A DNA stretch of 64,000 nt from Eledone cirrhosa (Eukaryota): the NCBI GenBank assembly GCA_964016885.1, contig OZ024742.1:272676001-272740000 (forward strand). Reading direction: 5' to 3'. Of this stretch, positions 1-11,789 are shown piece after piece. A model generated the notes under the pieces. The model was not told the DNA's origin. It saw only the letters and a program-made list of their open reading frames with translations, and ran no database searches. Every line of letters starts with the position of its first letter. Within the stretch, counting starts at the first letter, position 1. The position numbers were made by a program, and so were the translations under genes.

Positions 1-1129
1 TTTTAGGTTAGTGGCTATTTATGCCCCGACAGGCAGAGGACGGCTTAATTCTTCAGGCGTCTGGAGACCTTCCTATGAACTTCCCGTTCTTTCATGTTAG
101 TGGGGAATTGGAATGGGATCTTGAATGCACGACAGGATTGTGTTGGATTATTGGATAGGGGAGGACTGTGTAAAAGACCCACACACATCCTCAGACCTTT
201 CCAACTGTCTGACAGGTACCGTTTCGATTTCCCGACTGTGCTAATGTGGAAATGGACAAACAGAATCGGGTCATCCAGATCATATCTAGATAGAGTATTT
301 TGCAGGGAAATAGATTTGTCTAGCAGAGGCTGTCCACAATTCAAGATAGTCGACTACACAGACCATAAATTTATGACCTGTTTGGTTGACTTAAATAGGT
401 GTCATAGACAGGGACCGTGTTATTGGAAGCTAAACGCCTCGTTGGCAGCGCCGAAAGCCTACAGACACCGGATTAACAAAATAGTTAAGCGGATGTTGAC
501 GGCCTGAAAAGGGTAACAAAAATGAGTCCATATTTCTTAGTAAGGCTTTAGAAATAAAGAAAAATAGAACAGAGGGAGAACTAGTTAGCAAATTAGACGA
601 TTCACTTAGAAAAGGCATCGCGACCGACGTGCTTGCGGTGAAATTGACACTCGACCAATTTTTCAACGCAAAGCGCGAAGGCTGAGTTGAGTTGTTTGTC
701 GCGTGTAGGATGGATCCGGCTATCAGCTGAGTCCATCGCGAGGATTGCACCGCCATCTTCTTGTAGCCCGGAAGCATAGCTAGATGTTATCTGTCTGGTG
801 GCCATGGCAAAAGAGATCATGTGGTGGACGCGTTTGAATGGGCTGATGACGAACACTTACCTCTTCGGTAATGCCCTGATTAACCTTTTCAAATTTCATT
901 TGAAAAGAAATATCAGGGTAGAGAGGGAGATGATCTCTTTCAAACATGTTGTTGAAATATGGGTGAGAGAGGCAAGCATGCCCGAGTGAATGGGCCTGCT
1001 ATAAGTATGCCCGTGTGGCTTTTTTTTTTATTTTACACGCAGAAATGTATATTCGTACCGTCGTGTTACGTCCTGTGCTGTCCTTAATGTTTCTTTAATG
1101 TTAATAAAGAAAATATTATTATTATAATT
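1..1129 (+). mobile_element. Decayed L1/Tx1-type LINE, copy A: APE endonuclease region fused by internal deletion to ORF2 C-terminus and 3' UTR
   Basis: Translation gives LVGNWN..., WTNRIGSSRSYLDRVF, YTDHK and YWKLNASL (APE motifs). At ~685 it jumps to the C-terminal MAKEIMWWTRL..FKFHLKR. AATAAA at 1103 is followed by an (ATT)n tail. Collinear with copy C. Confidence 0.9.
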
Positions 1130-1290
1130 GGATTGGCAGTATCGGTAGAGAGTCGGACAACATGCTTTGCAGCATAGAGTTACGGCCCTGTATAACCTCA
1201 GTTCAAAACCCGCCGAGGTTAACTTTGCCTTTCATCCTTACGGGGTCGATAAAATAATGTACAAGTAATGCACTAGTCAATTGCTGGCCA
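1130..1290 (+). mobile_element. tRNA-derived SINE, 3'-truncated
   Basis: A-box-like TGGCAGTATCGGTAG, B-box-like GTTCAAAACC, then TTTGCCTTTCATCCTTACGGGGTCGATAAAATAA. The same body recurs at 11548. Confidence 0.75.
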
Positions 1291-2610
1291 CGTGACAAAC
1301 GCTGTCCAATGGGCCCGGGTGGTGGAGGCGCCGGAACATAGGGGGACGTTATAGATAACTTCAGGCCCATAACTCTGTTAAACGCAGACTTCAAGATTTT
1401 GGCTAAGATGTTAGCAATGAGATTGGCGCTTGTCGTCGGTCATCTGGTGGGAGACATGCGCCAGTCCAGAGAGATCCATCCTCGACAACATCCACCTCAT
1501 GCAATACCTCATAGAGAGGGCGCTTAAGCAACCTGGCACGGGTGGGACCCTGATCAATTTGGCTTAATCTAATGTATTTGATAGGGTCTCGATGCGGCCG
1601 GGTTCGGGCCCATTTTCAAGGATTGGAGCGCTGCGATGCAACGCGACATCTGCTCAGCTCTGAAGGTGAATGGTCATCTGTCACAGCCGTTCAGCATCAT
1701 GCGCTCAGCTCGCACAATGTTGTCCCCTATTGTCCCTCTTGTACGTATTGACCCTAGAACCTTTACTGCACACATTGCAGGGGATTTGAGGCGTCGCATG
1801 CGAACTGGGATGTGGGAGATCCGTATCGGCGTACGCCGACGACGTCACCGTGTTCCTGTGAAGCACCGGATATTTCTAGGTGCTCGGCACCGATCGCAGG
1901 GAGTATGAAGCAGTGACAGGAGCTAAGTTAAACCAGAAAATGTCATTGGGCTTGCAGGTCGTCACCTGGAGAGGCAAGTCCATGCCGTCCGACAGCATCG
2001 TGGGGCGCTGGGAGGAAGGATCGCTTAAGCTGCTCAGCGTCTGGTACGGTCGGGCCCTCCAGATGGAGAAAAGCTGGAGTGACGTGACGAGCAGGGTGGC
2101 CTCTCTCTCCCAGAGATAGGCCGAGAGGAAGATTTCCCTTAAAGTCCGGGCAGATGTGAATGCGTTCATCGCATCCGACATCTGCTACCGGCAAACCGTT
2201 GGACTTGCTCGGCAGAACTCTCACAAAAATGGAACGCCTCCTCTTCCGCTTTTTATGGAAGAGACGTGCTCCTAGGGTCAGACGGTCCATCTGCTGTCAA
2301 CCCCCGTTGCGTGGAGGACTGGACATGCCGTGGCTGATGATGCGCAAACATGCGCTGAGGCTGCGACATCTCTGGTGCTTCCTTGACGGTGAACAGGTGT
2401 AGTCGCCGTTTTTCAGACGTGTTTTCGCCCAGCTTGTCTCATTAATGGAGCTGCAGTCCTGGATCAGTAAAAGACCGTGGGTTAGCGCTTAGAAGCTGGA
2501 ATGTCACCAAGCGATCACTGCCTTCTACCAGCTGGGCACTAGTATCGGTGGAACATCCACCTCAGTGTTCCATAGAGGACTAGTGGAGGGGAAGGGTGAC
2601 GACGTTTTCG
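1291..2610 (+). mobile_element. Decayed Tx1-type LINE, copy B: RT region fragment
   Basis: DNFRPITLLNADFKILAKML at ~1355, SAYADDV at ~1826 and ICCQPPLRGGLDMP, with frameshifts. Matches copy C ~4320-6030 with one deletion. Confidence 0.9.
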
Positions 2611-5600
2611 AACTAGCTAAACCGGAACGGGTTCAACTACCACCACCAGCAGCCGTGGAGCTCATACCGCTCCAAAACCCCACGGATTCAGACATGAAGT
2701 TTGAAGCGGGAGTGGAGTGGCAAAAGGTGTGCCACAACAAAAAAGGAAACAAACCCTTATATTCACCCTACAAAAGCGAGTACAAACAAAGAGGGGTAAA
2801 GGCGGCAAGGCAACTAGCAGCAACACCGCCAACGTCAACATTACCTCAACAAGCCTCACCTCCAACGACAACCACACCACCACCAGCACCACCAAAAACA
2901 GCAGCATAGTAAACACCACAAGGCACACACACTCAACAGCAACAACATACACCCCACCCAAAAAACATTGCAAATATGGTATTCATGAAACATATAGAGC
3001 AGTACACAGACATTATAGATCAACATGTGTATTACCAAGTGTATTACCAAAGTGTATTACCAAAAAATATAAACAGTATCGAGACCAAACTGGACATTAG
3101 GAATAAAAATTCTCCAACGCTGTTGAGGACTTCGCAATTTCACTTACCAAGAGTGTATACACGGACATTATCTTGGATACACCCATGATCAAACGAAGGT
3201 ACGGTCTGACTGTTCCTTCCCCACACAATCCTTGTAACTCAACCTTCTTCACTAACCCCGTTCCTCCCCCAATATGACCTTATTCAGAATAGGCAGTGTA
3301 AACGCACGTGGCCCTGGAGTCATCTTGGACGCAGGACCGTCTGCTTAATGACCTCAGGTCACTAAACATAGATGTGGTGTCTATCAGCAAGACTAGAATT
3401 TCCGAAGCACGAGCCTTCGCACCGATCTTCAGCAGCTATGATGTATACGCATCTCCCAGCGGTCCTTGATCGGGGGGTGGAGCTGCTGTGCTCTTTCGGA
3501 GAGGTTTGGGTCTCGCCATATGAACCATCTTCCTGGAACCAGAAGGTAAGTTGGTGCTGCTGGACGTGACCAGCGGAGACGTGCAAGCTTTCAGGCTAGT
3601 GGCCGTCTATACCCCGACAGGAGCAGGGAGTCCTGATTTCTTTCCGCGTCTGGAGACCTTTCTTGAAACGTCCCGCACTTTAGTGTTAGTGGGCGACTTG
3701 AACGGGATCTTAGATGCACTGTGGGACTGTGTGGTATTAGCGGATAGGGGAGCAGGGTGTAAAAGCCTCGCTAATCTGCTCAGAAGATTTCAACTGTCTG
3801 ACATTTACCGTCTGGATATCCCGAATGTGCCAATGTAGACATGGACAAACAGCATCGGATCATCCAGATCATATCTAGATAGGGTATTTTGTAGGGAAAT
3901 ATATAGGTCTAGCATAGGCGGTCAACAATTCCAAATAGTCGACTACACTGACGACAAATTCGTAATCTGTGATTTGATATGCTTCATAGACAGGGACCTA
4001 GCTACTGGAAGCTAAACGCGTTATTAACAGCGCGCAAGGCCTACAGAGACCGGATTAGCGAACTAGTTAAGCGGGCGTTGACGGGGGCCATCGTCAACAA
4101 CAAATGGTGGTTTGCTCTGAAAATAGCGATTAGAAAAGAGTCCATTATGTTTAGTAAGGCTTTAGTAATAGAGAAAAATAGGGCAGAGGGAGAACTAGTT
4201 AGACAATTAAACGAAGCGCTTAGTAAAGTCATCGCGTAATTGACCTTTGACCAATTCTTCAATGCAAATCACGAAGGCTGCGTTGTCAGAGCTAGGGTGC
4301 GTGCTCTCAGACACGAGGGGACGAAAGCCGTCCAATGGGCCTGAGTGGCGGAGGCGCGTCGTGGCAACAAAGCCACAATCCGGTCTTTGAATGGACCACG
4401 ACGGGTGCATGCTACTCGATTCCGGGCAAAAGTGTGAAGCTTTTCAGCGACACCTTGCTAAGCTATTCGGGAGCAGCGACGGGCCGGATCGAGGGATGGA
4501 CTTTAGTTCCTACCTCGACGCCCTTCCGCGGCTCTCAGCCACTGAGGTGGAGTGTTGCGAAAAAGCCGATAACAGCCGCTGAAGTACGGGAGGCAATGAC
4601 TGGGTGCAGAAGGGGTACATCGCCTGGTTTGGATGGTCTGCCCTATGAACTTTACGTACAGATGCCAGACTTGTTCGGAGGCCTCTTGGCGGACGTCTAC
4701 TGCAACTGGCAATTGGCAACAGAACGGGAGAATTCTAGCGCTGTGAGCCGAGTAGCGGTGGCGCTGGTGAGAAAGGATCTGAATTAGGGGGGTAACATAG
4801 ATAATTTCTGGCCCATAACCCTGCTAAACTCAGAGTTCAAGATTTTGGTCAAGGTGCTAGAAAAGAGGTTGGCACTTGTCGTTGGCGGTCTGGTGGGAGA
4901 TGCGCAAACATGCGCCATTCCAGACAGATCCATCCACGTCAACCTCCACCTCATGTGATACATCGTGGAGAGAGTGGCTACGGAACGTGGCACGGGTGGG
5001 TCCTTGATCAATTTAGAACAGTCGAAAGCTTTCGATAGGGTCGACCATCGTTAGCTAGCGGCAGTCCTGAGGGCGGCTGGCTTTGGGCCCGTCTTCAGAG
5101 GCTAGATCGCTGCCATGCACAGCGACATCTGCTCTGTGGTGAGAGTGAACGGTCACCTTTTGGAACCGTTCAACATCATGCGCTCGGTCCGCCAAGGTTG
5201 TACCCTCTCGTCTCTGTTGTACGTATAGACTCTCGATCCATTACAGCACAAACTGGAGAAGTTAAGGGAGGTCCCGCATGATCTAGGAGGCGGAAGATCC
5301 GTGTCAGTATATGCGGACGATATCACCGTAGTGGTGTCAAACGCCAAACACATCGAGGCGATCAGCACTACACTAAGAGAATACGAAGCGGTGACAGGAG
5401 CAATGGTCAACCAGGAAAAGTCGGTGGGCCTGCCGCTCGGCACCTGGAGAGGCAAATCCATGCCGTCCAACAGCGTCTTCAAGCGCAGGACGGACGGGCC
5501 GGTTAAATTGCTAGGGGTTTGGTTCGGTCCGGACATCCAGACGGACAAAAACTAGAACGAGGTGACAAGCAGCGTGGCATCTCTCGCCCAGAAATAGACA

Positions 5601-6890
5601 GGGAGGAAGCTAACCCTGAAATGTCTAGCACCTTACCATCGTGCCTTAATCTAAGCAACGCTGACTGCGCTGGAGCGTTTGCTCTTTCTCTTTTTGTGAA
5701 AGGACGTGCACCGACGGTTAGGCGGTCCATCTGCTGTCAACAGCCGCTACGTGGTGGACTGGTCATGCCGTAGCTGATGATACGCAGCCGTGCGCTCAGA
5801 CTACGGCATCTCCACCTCTTCCTCGACGGTGATCAGGTGTGGTCGCCGTTTGCTAGACGCGTCTTTCCCCAGCTTGTCCCCTTGATAAGCGAAGACCGAG
5901 AGTGAGTGCTTGGAGATTGGAACGTATTCAGGCGCTCACAGCCCTCGATCAGTCGGGCAATGTGATCGGTGGAAACTCAACCTTGGCGTTCTTTAGAGGA
6001 TTATAGGGGAGGAAGAGCGATAACGTACTTGGGGAAACTCTAGGCGTCGATGAAAATCAACTAGCCAATCTCTTCGGAAGAACTTTCGGGCCGGGGCTTA
6101 TGGACGACTTCCAGAAATCCCTGGCCTGGCATTGCTACCGAGGAGCTCTGCCAGTTCGGGAAAAACTCCACAGGCATCGAAGTGCCCTCAGCCGGGCATA
6201 TGCGAGATGTGCGCAGGGCGACGAAACCGTCCTCCACGCACTCGCCCAGTGTCCGAGCATTCATGACATGTGGGTATTATGTCGAATACATGCTGTCGCA
6301 TGTAGGACGGATCCGGCTGTCAGCTGAGTCCATCTTCAGAATTGCCCCGCCCTCATCCTTTAGCCGGGAAGGGCAGGCAATCTTTATATGTCTGGTGACT
6401 ATGGCGAAAGTGATAGTATGGTGGACGCATTTGAAAGGGCTGATGACGAGCACTTACATCTTCGGTGATGCACTGATTAACTTTTTCAAATTTAATTTGA
6501 AAAGGAAAATCTGGGTAGAGAGGGAAGTGTTCTCTTTCAAGCATTTTGTTGAAAGATGGGGGAGAGAGGCAAGAATGGCCCGAGTAAATAGGCCTATTCT
6601 GAGTATGTGTCTGTAAATTGAAGGTATAAACTGAAAGTGGGGACTTGCTCTGGTGGTTAGGTTAAACATGGCTTTTTTAATGGGCTTTCTCCACGAATGT
6701 CCCTCAGAAGTCTCCCCCTATTGGGCAATTTTACATTGTTTCTTTTTTGTTACATTCTCTGTATTTTTGTTTTTTTTTACACGCAGAAATGGCCATTTGT
6801 ACCGTCCTGTATTGTCTTGTATTGTCCTTAATGTCTTACTTTGCTTAAACCGTTATGGTTAATACAAAAAGCATTATTATTAATATTATT
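2611..6890 (+). mobile_element. Decayed Tx1-type LINE, copy C: ORF1 3' part, near-complete ORF2 (3274-6616) and 3' UTR with ATT tail
   Basis: ORF2 starts at ATG 3274 (MTLFRIGSVNARG). It contains APE LVGDLN and YLDRVF, RT SPGLDGLPYELY, RQGC and SVYADDIT, and C-terminal CARC..ETVLHALAQC. Many stops and frameshifts. The ORF1 remnant (LQNPTDSDM..EWQKV) is homologous to copy D ORF1. Confidence 0.95.
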
Positions 6891-7329
6891 GAATTCCATG
6901 GTTGACGGAGGCTTGACTCTGTATGGTATTGTAATTTCTAACCGTTATAACAATTGTAAATTGTTTGAAACCTGAACCAAATTGCAGATAAAGACACCCT
7001 CCTCCTCGCGAGAGGGGTATTTCTGCCCGTTAATATGGTCCTTCGTTGTTAACTAACCAGTTATTGGGGATTTGTGCACAATATTCATTTTAAACCGTAA
7101 AAAAACATGGCTAAAAAAATAATTTTCACAAGTCACTCCCACTCCTTCCGTCTTCTCCTTCCCCAATCGTCATTACGTCATAGAAAAGATTGTCTCTCTC
7201 CCTCCCTTCTCTAAATGTGGTGTTGCCTCTGTCGCCTCTTTCGCAAGCGACGCCATTAAAGAAAAAGAAAAAAATGTAGTTTCGCGTAGCGTTCTTCATC
7301 AAGAGAACGCGCGTACCGCGGAACATTTA

Positions 7330-7652
7330 TCTACGACGACGACAACGATGAAAAATGTGTGCAGTAAATATGAAAAGCTATTTCATTCGTCTGACGTCAT
7401 GAAGATTGGAAGCAACAGCCGTAATAACAGCAACAGCAGCAACAGTGGTGAGGAAAATACTAGTAGCAGCCGCAACAACATCAGCATCAGCATAAACAAC
7501 AACAGCAGCAGCAGCAGCAGCAGCAAGAACTACAACTACAGCAGCAGCAACAGCAACAACCACAACAACAGCAACAGTAGCGGCGGCGGCCGTAGTTTCA
7601 GCAGCAACAACAAAAGTAACAGCAGCTGTGACGACAACAACAACAAGAACTA
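7330..7652. repeat. (AAC)/(AGC) trinucleotide low-complexity tract
   Basis: Mixed aac/agc runs. These explain the Asn/Ser and Ala/Val ORFs in the track. Confidence 0.85.
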
Positions 7653-7654
7653 AA

Positions 7655-10600
7655 AACAATCTCGTTTGCAGGTATCGCAAAAAACCTGGAAACCATCCTT
7701 ATAACAAATGAGAAATTACAGGAAGCAAGGAAGATGGTTACGAAAACCGGACACCGAGCAATCTGCAAAGCAGTCGAAGAATTTTTCGAAAACCAACAGC
7801 ACTGTACGGTCACATACCGTACTGTAAGCACAAAATCACGTAGGGTTGAAAGAGCCACAGAGGCTCAAATACAATATGCCTTAGGGTCTGTGTGGAAGCG
7901 GAAAGCGCATATCACCCGAGGCAAGAAATATGCCACCGTGGAGGTAATATTTCCCACACCCCAGGAGACAAAGGCTCAATCCTTAGTAAACTCAAGGAGC
8001 GAAGAAATGGTGTTGGTGCACTCCTACTGCGAGCTAAAGATTGTGACGGGATGGCCCCTTCTTGGCTGGCCGCGTCTGTCCTCGTCGGAATCGAGGTCAA
8101 AACAACCGTACTGCAAGTACAGAAAAAAGTACGAGAAGATTCGGTCGGCGCCTCCATTGAGATGTTAATTCAAACCAACCAGGAGTGTATCGAAGCTATC
8201 GCGGATTTGATAGACTTCGATAACGGCACTCAACTTCCCATAAGTGTTGAGGGCAAACGCCCGAAATGTTTTCGTGTGGGTCAAAGACTCACCTCAGGGC
8301 CTTCTGCAATGAGAAGACACTGATAAAGGAGAAACCCCCCTCCTACCGAAAACCGGCTCCATGGCTAGCAGCAACAGGACAGGTGGCAAGCAGGAAGTAT
8401 AGGTCCGTGGCACCCATACCCACGCCACGGAAATCAGGAACAGCAGCAGCAGTGGAAGTATTAACAACAACAGTAATACCAACTGCAGATGCAACACAGA
8501 CTCCATTGCAACTATCACCAACAAGATCAAAAGAAAGAATGGAACTGTTAACCCTCCCCGACCTCACAGAATCGGACATGGTGTGTGAGGTGGGAGAGGG
8601 ATGGCAAAAGGTCGCAAGAAGGCACGAACGCAGAAGCTGCGCATCGTCGCCTTCGAAAAGGGAGGGAGAAATGAAAAAAGGGTGAAGGATACTGCAAAGA
8701 GACTTACGGCAGCTTGAACACCAACACCATCACCACCCACACTAGCACTACCATCACCACCGGCGGCAACGCCACCGCCAACAATAACAACACCTTCAAC
8801 AAAACCAGCACAAGCACCAACATCGCAAACACAACTAAACATACACCCAGCATCAACGACAAGAAAATAGCAGAATCACACCCCACCCCCAGAAAAAGAA
8901 ATGCACAGCAATAAATACACACAAGAAACTAATGACTTACATAATTGAACAGAGACATTTCACAGCACGACTACATAATACCAGCACCAATCAAAACACC
9001 AACGAACATAAGACTGGTAAGAATATCACAGAAACAATACACAAACATTAAAATGAAATTCCCCAACGCAGTTAGTGATTTCAGAGACTTAGGAGGGAAA
9101 CTCAACCGGAGACTATACTCGGATATACTCACAGAAGAGCCGACTACCAGCCGAAGGGACGATTCAACGGTGTCTTCACCAGACGATTAAGGTAAGTGAT
9201 CCTCTCTCACTTGCCTCGTTCCTCACCCAACATGGCCGTATTCAGGATCGGAAGATAAAACGTGCGTGGCTTGAGATCGGTTTGGAAGCAAGGTCACTTG
9301 CTTAACCAGCTCAGGTCACTAAATATAGATTTAGTGGCCATCAGCGAGACGAGAATCTCCGAAATGCAAGCTTTCGCACCGTTCTTCGATGGTTACGAGA
9401 ATAAGAGGGACACATTAGACGATTTCTGGCCCATAACTGCTCAACACAGAGTTTAAGATTTTGGCCAGTGTGTTAGCGAAGTGGTTGGCGCTTGTCGGCG
9501 GGGATTTGGTTGGGGAGGCGCAAACTTGCGCAATCCCAACCAGCTCCATACACGACAATCTCCACCTGTTGCGCTACATCATAGAGAGGCTAGAGTGTAA
9601 ACCTGGCTTCGCTTGGACTGATCAGTTTAGATCAATCAAAAGCATTCGATAGGGTCGACCATCGGTACCTGGAGGCTGCCCTCAAGGTAGCTGGCTTCGG
9701 CCCCGTCTACAGAAGCTGGATCGCTGCTATGCACAGTGGCATTTGCCCGGTGGTCAAAGTTAATGACCACCTCTCGGAACCATTTCAGATCTCCCGATCG
9801 GTCTGTCAAGGATGCCCTCTCCCCTCCCTTCTGTACTCTCCAGCTTTTACTGCGGAAGCTGGATCTGCTGCAAGGCATCCCGCACGAACTGGGACGTGGA
9901 ATAGCTATGTCGGCCTATGCGGACGATATCACCGTGGTAGTGTCGTCCGCATAGTGTTGGCAACTTATTGGAGGAATATGAAAGTGTAACGGGTGCAAAA
10001 CCTAACCCTGAAACGTCGGTTGTATTGCAAATCAGCTCCCGGAGAGGCAATTCATGCCGTCCGAAGGACGGACCGGTAAAGTTGCTCGGGGTTTGGTTCG
10101 GGCCAGACCTCCAGGTGGATAAGAATTGGGACGAGGTAACGGGCAGGGTAGCAATACTCACCCAGAAATTGGCTGCTAGAAAGCTATAACTGAAAGGTCG
10201 GGCGGAGGTGGCGAACGCGTACATCGCGTCCGTCATCTACCGCCTGGCCGTCGTCCCTTGCCCTCGTTGGCGCCTCGCCATCCTGGAGCGGCTCCTCTTC
10301 AAATGCTTGTGGAGGGATCAGGTTCCGTTGGTGAGGCGGTACATCTGCTGCCAGCACCCTATATGCGGAGGGCAGAGCATGCCGTGTCTAATGATGCGCA
10401 GACACGCGCCGAGGCTGCCGCATCTCCAGATATTCTGCTTCAACGGTGAACAGGAACGGTCGCCGTTTGTCAGACGGGCCTTTCCGCAGCACGTCTCTTT
10501 GACTGAGCCGCAGTCCTGGGTCAAGAAGAGACAGATACTGGGTGACTGACATCTGGAATGTTGCCAGGCACTCACTGTCCTCTACCAGGCGGGCAATGCG

Positions 10601-11547
10601 GTCAGTGGAACTTCCACACTCGAGTTCTATAGAGCATTAGTGTTTGGCAAGTGCGACGACGCACTGGGCGAGACTCTGGGCGTCAAGGAAGTCGAACTAA
10701 CAAGTGTGTTCCGGAGGACTTTCGTCGAGCATGGGACGATGGATAATTTCCCCAAATCCCTCGCTTGGCAGTGCTACCGGGGAGAGTTGCGGGCCGAGAT
10801 AACCTCTAAAGCCACGGAAGTGTAGTCAGCCGAACCTGTCCGACATGCGCACATAGCTATGAAACCGTTATGCACGCACTCGTCCAGTGTCCGTGCATTG
10901 CTAACTTGTGGACCTATGTCGAACAGTTGCTGTCGCGTGTAGGACGGATCTTGCTATTGACTGAGTTCATTGTGCAGATAGCCCCACCATCCTCCCTTAA
11001 AGAGGAGGAAGGGCAGGCAGTTTTCCTCTGCCTGGTGGCCATGGCGAAAGAGATTGTGTGGTGGACAAGATTGAAAGGTTTGAAGACGGACACTTTCCTC
11101 TCCGGCCAATCACTGATTAACTTTTTCAAAGTTCACTTGAAGAGGAAAATCAGGATCGAGAGGCAAGTGCTGTCTTCTCGTAAGTTTGTTGAAAGGTGGG
11201 TGAAAGTGGGGAGTCTGGTCCGAGTGAACGGGCCCGCTCTGAGTATGTGCCTGTAGACTGAGGAGTGGGAAAACTGAGAGAGGATGCTTGCCTTGGTGGG
11301 CTGGGTGGCCGTTGTCTTTTGTGTGGTTTTCGCCACGAGTGACCCTCGGAGGTTTCACCCTTTTTGGTGAATTTTTGTTGAGTGGATTTTTAATTTGCTT
11401 TTACACATTTCTGTCTTATTGTTATAACATTTTACACGGTCAAAACCCATCTTGTATCGTCCTGTACCGTTCTGTGCCGTCTGTAATATGTTTTCTTCAT
11501 GTTAGATCTTGTGGACAATAAAGAAACCATTATTATAATTATTTTTG
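7655..11547 (+). mobile_element. Decayed Tx1-type LINE, copy D: ORF1 with CCHC zinc knuckle, ORF2 with large internal deletion
   Basis: Across a 1-nt frameshift at ~8270: KRPKCFSCGSKTHLRAFC (CX2CX4HX4C). ORF2 ATG at 9232 (MAVFRIG..NVRGL). APE jumps to RT at ~9400. SAYADDIT is present, the C-terminus ends at 11256 and AATAAA plus an ATT tail lie at ~11517-11547. The 5' boundary is approximate. Confidence 0.92.
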
Positions 11548-11658
11548 GTTAACTTTGCCTTTCATCCTTACGGGGTCGATAAAATAAAGTACCAGTAATG
11601 TACTGGTTAATTGCTGGCCTTGTGCCTAAAGTAGAAACAATTATTATAATTATTTTTG
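11548..11658 (+). mobile_element. 5'-truncated tRNA-SINE with 19-bp flanking duplication
   Basis: Same body as 1130-1290. ATTATTATAATTATTTTTG occurs at 11529-11547 and 11640-11658. Confidence 0.8.
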
Positions 11659-11789
11659 TTCTGTTACTTCTTAAGTTTCTACATATTGTTCTGCGTTATA
11701 TTTTTCTTTCAAACTGTTAATAATATACGACATATTACACTGTATTAAGGTGACGCAGTAATATTTGAACTTTATTAAAAAATCTATAG

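Noticed and set aside
7348-7680. Asn/Ser-rich or Ala/Val-rich protein
   Set aside because: Trinucleotide low-complexity tract with no supporting gene structure.
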